Shown here piece after piece: positions 31,397-40,518 of a stretch of 64,000 bases of DNA. The DNA is taken from positions 45,016 through 109,015 of IMG/VR virus record IMGVR_UViG_3300031867_000018. One strand, written 5' to 3'. The position numbers and the translations under genes were made by a program. Position 1 is the first letter of the stretch. Each line of letters starts with the position of its first letter. This stretch comes from a virus (Duplodnaviria > Caudoviricetes). A model generated the notes under the pieces. The model was not told the DNA's origin. It ran no database searches and worked only from the letters and a program-made list of their open reading frames with translations.

Positions 31397-31696
31397 GTTT
31401 TACTGCTATGCAATTTTATACAGTAGTAAACCCCGAAAATAAAATATGCTAAAATAGCCACAGGTTTATTACTATGTAATTTTACGCAGTAGTAAAACAT
31501 ATATAAGGAGATCTCTTTAACTTTGTCAGGGTTACTACTATGTAATTTTACACGGCAGTAAAACACCTCGACAAATATGCCACTATCATGTTAAGGGTTA
31601 CTACTATGTAATTTTACACGGCAGTAAAACACCTCGACAAATATGCCACTATCATGTTAAGGGTTACTACTATGTAATTTTACACGGCAGTAAAAC
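31397..31696 (-). CRISPR. CRISPR mini-array: 5 x 36-nt repeats, 4 x 30-nt spacers (two identical)
   Basis: Repeats at 31397, 31463, 31529, 31595 and 31661 (period 66); minus-strand consensus GTTTTACTGCCGTGTAAAATTACATAGTAGTAACCC; ATTTGAG abuts the rightmost repeat (31697-31703); repeats degenerate leftward. Confidence 0.9.
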
Positions 31697-32073
31697 CTCA
31701 AATTTCTTCGATTTTACTACTGTTCAAATTAAAGTATTTATGAGTTTTACTTCATTGGACGAACCCCACGCCCACTATCTTGTCGATTTCTCTTCAAGAA
31801 TACTTTTATTCATATTTATTTATTCTGCATTTTGTTGTACACTTCGAGCATTCTTCGCCAATTTTCTTTTATTTGTCTTTCGTCATCCCAATACGACATT
31901 TCATCTTTATAACAATAGTCGTGTTCCGCGTAAAGAGTGGTTGATTAGCCAACTTTCACATTTCTCGTTTTTGACAAATTCGCACAGTGGGCAATTTTCA
32001 CCGTTTCTATCTTGACAATCATCAAAACTATAACACATACGGTTATATTGTTTTACAAATTCTTGAAATTCCA

Positions 32074-32475
32074 TTAAATCACCTCTTGTATTTTTTGCGA
32101 CAATTCTTTTACAACATTATCGTGCATTTCATTAGCTGCATTATCTGGTAACTTGTATCTTTCTTTTACTTCTTCCCAAGTGTCACCAAAAATCCCCCAT
32201 TCGCTATCAAAATCAACACTTTGAGAAACATCTGCATCAATATATCTGCCTTTGTTTTCTCCTACAAAAGCCATTGTTTCATACCAACGGTATGCCCCTA
32301 TAGTTTTAATTTCGTACTTATTTGTTGTACGATTCCATGTCCTCATACAACCAACAGTTGACACTATCCATTTTCTGTCTTTATATTCGAGTAGTGTATT
32401 TCTGCGGAATGCACAATTGTCAGAACATATAAAATGTCCTGCCCAACCTCTTTCAGTCACTTTTACTTCGTTCAT
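32074..32475 (-). CDS. Hypothetical phage protein
   Basis: AGGAG RBS; 'ERGWAGHFIC..C.FRRNTLL' and 'YETMAF'. Confidence 0.65.
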   Translation of the reverse strand: MNEVKVTERGWAGHFICSDNCAFRRNTLLEYKDRKWIVSTVGCMRTWNRTTNKYEIKTIGAYRWYETMAFVGENKGRYIDADVSQSVDFDSEWGIFGDTWEEVKERYKLPDNAANEMHDNVVKELSQKIQEVI

Positions 32476-32588
32476 ATATTGTCTCCTATACTTTTAAAAT
32501 GCGGATTCTATCAAGTTCAAATAACTTGTTCTTCATAGTTCAAATTGAAAGTATGAAAGGCGTTAGAAACACCTCTATCTCCTATCAG

Positions 32589-33012
32589 TTAAGCATTGGA
32601 GATTACCTTTTTATTAACTGTTAATTCCAATAACAAATTATCTTTTGTGACCGAGGTTAGTGTGTTGCAATAACCATCTAACCTCGGTTCAAGTTGCTGC
32701 TTGGTTTTATTTTTTTCTGTATATCGTCCTCGCATTGCGACACAAATAGTATCACAGGAGTGTAACCGCCTCCCATTCCCATTGCGGCAGTTAGACAAGG
32801 ACAGATCCCGGTTGTTATCCATTTTTGATGTTCTTGATACCCGTTTCTTATAGCTATGATTTCTTTCATTTAATCACCTTTGGTAGGTTCCCGTGAAATT
32901 CCGATACGATTGTCGGAGAATAACCTACCGTTATTTGCGGAGATTTATTTTTTTTGCCTTTATCGTTTATGCAGACATTCTGATATTTACTTAGTCTGCC
33001 TGCGGCTGAGTA
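32589..33012 (-). CDS. Three further C5-MTase TRD-like mini-ORFs downstream of the C-terminal subunit
   Basis: 'YSPTIVSEFHGNLPKVIK' (ends 32866), 'ICPCLTAAMGMGGGYTPVI' (32678-32869), 'AMRGRY..QQLEPRLDGYCNTLTSVTKDNLL' (ends 32589). Confidence 0.65.
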
Positions 33013-33501
33013 AAATTTTCGGCTTCAATATCTCCCGATTCTATATATTCAAAAATTCGGTCTAACCCCGATTCAAAAGCACCGATACCCGAAAAATAGC
33101 TGCCGACTTTTAAATCGTCAAAAAGATATGGCATAGCTTTATAGAGTTCTTTAAATATGTAGTAAAGTACGTCTACCACGATAGAATTTCCTGCTTGCTT
33201 ATACAACTGCGTTGAAGATACGCCTGCCGACTGTGCGGCTTCAAAATCCTCATCATCAAACCCCATAAGCCGCCAACATTCTTTTGGTGTGAGTTTGCGG
33301 ATGCGGTAGTTTTCGGCTACATTCTCCGATTCTTCAATACGGCAAAGACCGTTGCTCTCTGCGGTTATTGTCGGGCAAGTATCTCCGTTATCCTGTACTC
33401 TACCTCGTCTTGTTTTGCTGTTTGGATATGACAAATCTGCCACCCCCCCCTATTTTACATTCAATATATCCTTTTTTGGTTGCTTGTTTAATTTTTGCCA
33501 T
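32991..33501 (-). CDS. C5-cytosine MTase subunit with motifs IX, X and then I; frameshifted at G8 (33443-33450)
   Basis: MAKIKQATKKGYIECKIGG / VADLSYPNSKTRRGRVQ; RKLTPKECWRLMGF; YKQAGNSIVV; C-terminal KVGSYFSGIGAFE. Confidence 0.85.
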
Positions 33502-34374
33502 CTTTGTCAACTACCAACAACCCCGTCCTTTCAGCTCTTAGAGAAGGAGCGTATTCATCATAAATCCTTATCGGTCTATGATTATATATTGCGTCTATAA
33601 TTACTATAGATTTACTTTGTTTTGTTTGCATATTGTACCACCACAAAAGGCTGTCTATTGCCGCCTTGCATTGTACCGAGAGTGGGCGATACCCCCCCTA
33701 TTTCATAAACTCTGCCTTGATTTGGATTATCTCTTGTTTTAGATTTGAAGAGATTACCTATCTGTTTTACTTGATTCATATATCCACCGTTCGATTATAA
33801 AAGGCTGCAAATTCCCACCAGCCGCCATATTTGTGAGAGTGGGCGATACCCCCCCCCGACCGAATATATACTGCGACTTTGGGATTTTACTCCTTGTTTT
33901 GTATTGCCTAATTTTACTACTTTGCTTTCTGTCATTTTGTTACCATAACCTTTGGTGGGTCTTTATAACAGGTAGAAGATATACATTGTACGATACCTTC
34001 TACTGAATATACCCTGCTTTTTTGATCTGAGCCGATTTCACCTAATTGTATCAATTTGTTATTTGTCATTTTTTCACCACGATTTTTGGTGGGTCTTTAT
34101 ACTGTGAAGACGGCAAGGTTGCCATGATTCCTTCCGTAGAATAAATCCAGCCTTGCTGCCCCCCTGTTCCTCGATGTATCAAGCGTATTACTTTATTCTC
34201 CATTTTGTTTTACCTTTACGATTATCATAGGTTTATTACCCCCCCCCCACTCATAGTTACGATGGTCGGGGAATATCCATTTATTGAATATATTGCTCCC
34301 CGACCATTGCCACCTATATTTTTGGGGTTGAAGTACGCATCGCCTAATTTTACTGCTTTGTTGTATTCTTGCAC
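33488..34374 (-). CDS. Array of six overlapping 45-55 aa TRD-like mini-ORFs (34374-34225, 34203-34066, 34069-33932, 33935-33795, 33779-33612, 33631-33488)
   Basis: Hand translation: shared pattern '(R/W)(V/I)YS..G(I/V)(S/A)PTL....GG..P.I'; each has its own start overlapping the previous stop; all are below the ORF-track length cut-off. Confidence 0.8.
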
Positions 34375-35261
34375 TCTACCACTCCATTCATCGGTTGATT
34401 TCCGAAACCTTTGTAGTCTCTTGCTAACAAAGTATTTGCAAACTCTGTTTGATTTTCAAATTGACTGCCTTGCTTGGAGATCAGTCCTGTGATTTGGTCT
34501 GTACCATATCCCACTGATGACGGTCTAAGCTTCCTCTCCCCCCTACGGACGGAATTGGAATATTCTTTATCCAGCTTTCCGCTGTCGAGCAGGTCTTGGA
34601 TAAGCTGTTTTGCTTTGTCGGTGTTGACATAAAATTTCTCGTCAACTTCATCTTCCAACATATCTCTCAAACGGAGACCGTTGTCGAAAGGTTCGGGAAA
34701 TTTGAATTTGCCGTTGTCAAGTTCTTTTTTGATAAAGATAAGATAAACACGTTCTCTGTTTTGAGGTACACCGTAATCTTTAGCGTTCAATACTTTGTAA
34801 TGACAGTTATAGCCGTACTCCGTCAATTCATCTATGAACATTTGGAATGTATCTTTGAATTTTTTCCCGACAAGGTTTTTGACGTTTTCATATATGCCCC
34901 AAGACGGTTTATTGTATCTTATAATTCGCAATGCTTCAACCAAGAGAGAACTTCTTGTTTTTGATATGTTCTCACTGCTACATTTCGGACATTTATCTCT
35001 TTTATCGAAATGTACGGTAAGAGGATTCCATTCGGATTTACAGTCTTCGCAAGTCCATACTGAGCCGTTTTGACCTCCTGCTATGCTGAAATCCTGACAA
35101 GGACTGCCAAAACACATAAAGTTGAACGGTTCTAACTTTGTTTCGTCAACATCGTTAATATCGCCTAAATTTTTACTCTCGTCTACATTGTGAACCGCAC
35201 AATAGCTTTTTACGGCATATTTATCAAATTCACAAAAATTTACTAATTCGTATTTTTTCAT
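34350..35261 (-). CDS. C5-cytosine MTase catalytic subunit (motifs II-VIII, lacks motif I)
   Basis: Starts at FCEFDKYA; GSPCQDFS, ENVKNL, LNAKDYGVPQNRERVY; ends in a TRD-like 'ANTLLARDYKGFGNQ'. Confidence 0.9.
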   Translation of the reverse strand: MKKYELVNFCEFDKYAVKSYCAVHNVDESKNLGDINDVDETKLEPFNFMCFGSPCQDFSIAGGQNGSVWTCEDCKSEWNPLTVHFDKRDKCPKCSSENISKTRSSLLVEALRIIRYNKPSWGIYENVKNLVGKKFKDTFQMFIDELTEYGYNCHYKVLNAKDYGVPQNRERVYLIFIKKELDNGKFKFPEPFDNGLRLRDMLEDEVDEKFYVNTDKAKQLIQDLLDSGKLDKEYSNSVRRGERKLRPSSVGYGTDQITGLISKQGSQFENQTEFANTLLARDYKGFGNQPMNGVVECKNTTKQ

Positions 35262-35317
35262 AACATAAGGAGTAAACCCGGATTTTCTGTGCGCACAAAC
35301 CTCGCTACTCCTTTCTT
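35262..35317 (-). promoter_or_regulatory. 5'-leader hairpin sequestering an SD-like sequence upstream of the C5 MTase
   Basis: AAGGAGTA/TACTCCTT stem enclosing palindrome TGTGCGCACA. Confidence 0.5.
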
Positions 35318-35321
35318 AGAT

Positions 35322-36058
35322 TTAATGTATTTCTAAATATTTACTCCACTGTTCACCCATTGCCTTAGCAATACCGGGAAATGTTTTGCTTCTTGCTTTA
35401 CCTCTATTTCCATCAAAATCTCTAACCATAAATTCATCAAAGGTAACAGTTTTGCCATTTTTGCATTTGTATTGAATCAAAGTTGGTTCAACTACATCAG
35501 TTGGCACAAGTAATGGCAAACCTTTTAACCACAAACATGTTGTTTTTTTGTGTGGATCGCCAAACATATATGGTTGAATAATCTGTTCAGGTTTTCTTAC
35601 AAATTTAGAATATGCAGGAAAATATTTTTCAAGATACGCACCACCCGACATTATGCCGATAGGGTTTTCGACTGCAATGTGTTCGCAATTTGCATTTAAA
35701 AAATTGAGAAAGAATTTAATAGATTCTTCTTGGTTGCCGTTATTTCTCTTGTTTTCAAAATGCCTTGCACCAGATACAGCTAAATCTGTGCAAGGTGGGT
35801 GTGCAATAATCAAATCCCATTTGCCGTCTATCCTATGTGCTTCTCCGTCCATTGTTTTAAAGACGATACCATAAAACATACTGCTGATTTGGTGCGGATT
35901 TAAAACTTCAAGGACATCGCCAAGTATATGCCATTCAGGATGCCCCCGCTGGGTTTTTGAATATCACAACTGTACGCTTCGTGTCCTAATTCACGAAAAG
36001 CTGCACACACTCGCTGGCTTTCTTCGCAAGCTACTAAAACTTTTAACGATTTTGTCAT
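35322..36058 (-). pseudogene. Divergent cytosine-methyltransferase-like gene, frameshifted at G5 (35943-35947)
   Basis: MTKSLKVLVACEESQRV..AYSCD; adding one G gives SGGHPEWHILGD and joins AHPPCT, VENP, RSKTFPGIAKAM. Confidence 0.75.
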
Positions 36059-36168
36059 AGATCTTAACCTCCTGAATAAATTTTTGACTAATTACGTTGT
36101 CAATTATTTATTCTCTGTTTAGATTAAGACCGATGTGTTTAGCAGAATTGATAAAATTCATTTTTTAT

Positions 36169-37755
36169 TTACCAGCGAATAATCATATAGTCTGAGCCGA
36201 AAACGCCATCTTCCCAACCATATTCAACGGAATATCCTGCACTTCTCAGATAATTGATGACTTTACCGCTGTAGATTTCGTTGAATCTGCAATAAGATCT
36301 TGCATGTTTAATGCTAAACATGATGTAAGATTGTATTGCCGTTAATTCTTTCTGTATATCTGTATCTTCTATAACTTTTCTTGTAGTTTTTCTTGCCTCT
36401 TTTGCTGTAATCATTCTTTTGACCCCTTTAAAAATCCGTCTACCAACATTTTAAATTTAGCGTAACATTCTTCGATACTGTCTGCCCGAAATGTCTTTGA
36501 GAAAACTTCGTTATAAGACAAATCGTAATCCGTATTATAACCTTGCGATAACATCCATTCAGTAAACTTGCCCAAAATATTTTGCAAATATTTCTTTTGA
36601 GCGTCTTTATCCATATAGAAAATCGTTTCTACACTGAATACATATTCTCCGCTTTCTTTATCTTTGACTATATCAAAATCGTTCATAGTGTAGTTATTTG
36701 CAATTTCTGAACCTGTAAGATCATCTGCCGATTTTATGCCCCAAATAAATTCAAAAGGATTATCTTCGGAAACTTCGTCTTCTTCTCGCACCCAAAGAAC
36801 CTCTCTTTCATTATCGTTCATGCCTGTATCAAATATTGAATATGGAGTTAAAGGTAATTCGACAATTATAATATCAAGTTCCTCTTCTTTTTCTTCTCTA
36901 TTGTAAGCTATCATTAAATCATCATCGTATTCATCGAATTGACTATAAGTTGTTAAGGTTAAACTTGCTCTGTCAAAGTGTACAAAAATATCTTTTGTAA
37001 AAGATTTGCTTTTTTGACATTCAACATCTCGCAGTACAACATATTCTTCACCGTTCCTGCAAGTTACAATCATACCTGTTTTCAGATCAGACTTTTTCAT
37101 ATTATACCTCCTCAAATAGTTCAGGTAACGCTCTCGGTCTATATTTTTGTTCTTTAATGGCTTTTATTTCGCTAATAATAATATCTATATCTAAACTGCC
37201 CTGAACTTTTTCAATAAACCGTAAAGCATTTTTAACCTGTCTTCTTTTTTCTCTGACAGTTTTTATTTGTTTTGCCAACTTGTAACCCTCGCAGGCATTA
37301 AAATGGGAATCTTCTATTTTGTGAAGTAAATCACACTGTTGTCTATTATACAATTCTAATAAATCAGCATATCGAGCGTGATTGTTATAAACATACTCAA
37401 TCTGCTCTTTTAACTTTTGTATATCATCTAGTTTCGTATCTATATTAAGAAATTCAAAGAAAACTAACCGATCTGTATTTTTTTCTTCAAGAATATTATT
37501 ATCAGAAATATATTCTATAGAATTTTCTCGTATCGCTCTATAACACGATTTTACTTCCCACCCTGACGATAATTTCTTTAGTTTTTTAGGCATAGTAACC
37601 AATATCTTACTTGCTTCCGTTTGTGTTTTAAAGAAATTAGCCTCTTCAAATATCTCTGTTGTTTCAAGTTTCCCTGAATAGCTGAATTTAATATATAAAC
37701 CTTTGTAGGACGAAGTTATGTAGTAAGATATATCGTAATTTTTGTTAGCATCCAC
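36169..37755 (-). CDS. Three hypothetical proteins (36169-36414, 36411-37100, 37102-37755)
   Basis: Tightly packed co-oriented ORFs with RBSs. Confidence 0.55.
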
Positions 37756-37760
37756 TTATA

Positions 37761-38177
37761 TCACTTCTTTTCTCTCCTTTTAACGATCACTATAGGTACT
37801 TGACCTTTATCCATTTTTTCTTTGATGACAAGATACGAGCAATATCCGTCAACGAGATAATTGTTGCCATCTATTTTTATAGGGTTGATTTCAAGCAATC
37901 CTTTGTTACATTTATGTTGAAGCTGTCTGTATAACTCTAATTTTTCGGGTTTAGGACTTGTACTTTTGAACCATTTACTAATTTTTATCTCCGATATGTC
38001 AATCATGTTGGTCGTTATTGTTTCAAACCTATTATCATTTATGACTGTGAGTATATCTGTGCGAAATCCGCCTCTTTCACCTAACAATTTTATAAGTTCC
38101 ACTTCACCAACCTTCCAAGATTCAGAGATAATTTTATATATCTTATTGTCCATTTTAACTTTATCGCCTATATTCAT
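37761..38177 (-). CDS. Small ParB-like fold protein
   Basis: 'PIKID...LVDGYCSYLV'. Confidence 0.45.
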   Translation of the reverse strand: MNIGDKVKMDNKIYKIISESWKVGEVELIKLLGERGGFRTDILTVINDNRFETITTNMIDISEIKISKWFKSTSPKPEKLELYRQLQHKCNKGLLEINPIKIDGNNYLVDGYCSYLVIKEKMDKGQVPIVIVKRREKK

Positions 38178-38202
38178 ATGTTCTCTCCTTTGATTATCCT
38201 GC

Positions 38203-39678
38203 TCACCGTATATTTTCTCTTATAGTTTTCATGTTCCCGTTATAGTAGTCTATATAGAAGCAATACAGCCGTTCAGCCATTTTTGTGTAATGTTCTTCAT
38301 CGTCTACAAAATTATCTATAAGCTCAATGTATTGCTCATCCCACGTTTCACTCCATGCTTCAAGCCAATCGACAAACTGGCTTGTCCGTTTTTCTTTCTT
38401 TAACTGGTTATAAAATTTTAAGTATGCTGGTAGTTCTATATCCGATGCCCCTATTTCTGTAACATAGAATACAACTTCCTCATCAGATAACGGTACTTCT
38501 GTAGCATCGTCTATATAACTTTCTTCTGCATTGATATTCTCTTTGGCTTCATCAAAGTAAGACAACCCTAAATCTCCCGTTGAGATAAAATTATCAAGAG
38601 CATTATCCATCATATCAATTCTTGCTTCAATATTTTTCTTTGATGATATATTCTTACTATCGTCCTCAACTAACGCCTTAAACTCTTTTGAATGGACACC
38701 TTTGGTAAACCATTCACACATAAACGATTTGTATTCTTCTTCTGTGATCACCTCATTTTCTAACATACTCAAATATTTATCTACATTCATGATCAGCACA
38801 GGAAAATGTTTTTTATTTACATAATCTGTATATAATTCTTTTTCGGGAAGAACATTGTGTAACGCAGTACATATTACCTCTAACCCCTCAAATGTACTTT
38901 CATTCCACCTATTTGAATATTTCTTGACCAATTTTTCTAATTCGGCAGGTGTTAATTTTGAGTATGAAAAATCATCGTATTCTTGACCAGTCAAAAGAAC
39001 TAAAGCACGAAGAATGAGTTCTTCATAAGCACTTTTCTTCTCTTGGGATGGAGCAAAATAAATACTTCCCGATGTAAATAAAGGATTGTTATTAATAAGC
39101 GATAATATCCTGTTCATCACAGGAATACTTGCAGCGATTTTTGATTTATCAATACTGCTCATTGCAACCCCATTATTCAGGTTGCTCATTATTCTTTCTA
39201 TGTCTTCTTTTGTGTAATCGGAAATATTTTTACTATCGAATTTATACTCAAGAATAATATCTTGCACATCTTCTGGTAAGTCATTAAATGTTTTTCCTGC
39301 AAGTTGAACTTCGGACATAACAGGCTCTACTATTTCTCCGTCTTCACTTTTCTTGTACAATGGAACAAAAACAGACGGGATATCTTTATGCAATTTCATT
39401 TTTTTTGTCACAAACTTCACAACGGTAGAAACTCTTTGTTTTCCGTCTATTAACAATTGAGGAACAGTAAAGTTATTATCCGCACAAGCTATAAACAACG
39501 GAGGAATTGGATCTCCCATTATGATCGATCTTATCAAATTAGATTCTTTGTGACTGTCCCACTGCCCTGCATATCTCTGAATTGAGAAATCCATTTCAAA
39601 ACTTCCGGGAGAGCCTTTAGGTTTGCTCATTTTTTTAATCAATCTTTCAACAACTTCCACACTTGGTTTTATTACCAT
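38203..39678 (-). CDS. DUF262 (ParB/GmrS-like) domain protein
   Basis: 'IQR...QW...LIRSII...PIPPLF', 'LIDGKQR', 'LNNG'. Confidence 0.8.
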   Translation of the reverse strand: MVIKPSVEVVERLIKKMSKPKGSPGSFEMDFSIQRYAGQWDSHKESNLIRSIIMGDPIPPLFIACADNNFTVPQLLIDGKQRVSTVVKFVTKKMKLHKDIPSVFVPLYKKSEDGEIVEPVMSEVQLAGKTFNDLPEDVQDIILEYKFDSKNISDYTKEDIERIMSNLNNGVAMSSIDKSKIAASIPVMNRILSLINNNPLFTSGSIYFAPSQEKKSAYEELILRALVLLTGQEYDDFSYSKLTPAELEKLVKKYSNRWNESTFEGLEVICTALHNVLPEKELYTDYVNKKHFPVLIMNVDKYLSMLENEVITEEEYKSFMCEWFTKGVHSKEFKALVEDDSKNISSKKNIEARIDMMDNALDNFISTGDLGLSYFDEAKENINAEESYIDDATEVPLSDEEVVFYVTEIGASDIELPAYLKFYNQLKKEKRTSQFVDWLEAWSETWDEQYIELIDNFVDDEEHYTKMAERLYCFYIDYYNGNMKTIRENIR

Positions 39679-40277
39679 TCTGACTTCCTCCTTGCCATAA
39701 TTGCAGAGATTATATTACTATCTTCCGATATTGTTAAAATATCTCCTTTAACGATACATACGGGGATATTTATTTGTTTACTAATTTCTTCGGAGTTATA
39801 TCCTTTGATTAAATATTCTACAATTTTCTTTTTTCTTAAAGGTAAAAATTGAATTATATCTTTTATATATTTTACATAATCATCATTTGTTATCTTAGAC
39901 TCTACTTCTGGTGAATCTGACTGTATTAAATCAATTAGTTCTATTTCACTTTCGTCACTTATTGATTGATTAAGACTTTGAGCATAAGTATTAATTTTAC
40001 GCTTTTCTCTGTTTAAACTTGTAGCATAGGTTTTCATTTTATTATTAATAATTACGCTGCAAAACGTAAGCAGTTTTGCTCCTTTGTCGCAATCATATTT
40101 TGGTATATTTAAACTTATCTCTAATAAAGCCTGTCCTTCAAAATCATCATAAGTCACATTTAACGGAATAAAAAGTTTTTCAAATTTCTTTTTCCATAAA
40201 ACACGAATTTGATTTAGTATCTGATCGTAGTTTTCGGTTATTAAATCTTTACACTTTTGTTCCATCGTCATCTTCAC
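39672..40277 (-). CDS. Phage sigma-70 family factor
   Basis: Region 2-like 'DDFE..A....YD..KGAKLLTF', 'SLNQSI', C-terminal HTH. Confidence 0.75.
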   Translation of the reverse strand: MKMTMEQKCKDLITENYDQILNQIRVLWKKKFEKLFIPLNVTYDDFEGQALLEISLNIPKYDCDKGAKLLTFCSVIINNKMKTYATSLNREKRKINTYAQSLNQSISDESEIELIDLIQSDSPEVESKITNDDYVKYIKDIIQFLPLRKKKIVEYLIKGYNSEEISKQINIPVCIVKGDILTISEDSNIISAIMARRKSEW

Positions 40278-40382
40278 CTCTTTTAGCCGAAAACAATAAT
40301 GCGGTTATGAATAAGCCAAACCAACTGCCTAATATGAAACAAATTATATTTGACATTATAATCCCCTCTTTCGTTTTTGATT

Positions 40383-40493
40383 TTCAAACCCTTTGAGGAA
40401 CTCCTGAATACCGATTCGTTAGTACTCAGAAGCTCCATGCAGAAAGGAGATATAACACATGAAATTGGAGCATAGCTCCTCAAAGGGTTTGAA
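40383..40493 (-). ncRNA. Structured RNA unit 1 with anti-SD/anti-AUG loop
   Basis: Perfect 17-bp closing inverted repeat, inner GCTCCA/TGGAGC stem; loop is complementary to AGAAAGGAGATATAACACATG. Confidence 0.6.
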
Positions 40494-40518
40494 TCTCTTT
40501 TGTTGTGCAAATTCTCAC

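Noticed and set aside
31433-31660. Self-targeting spacers
   Set aside because: No match to the window noticed by eye; not exhaustively searched, so not claimed either way.
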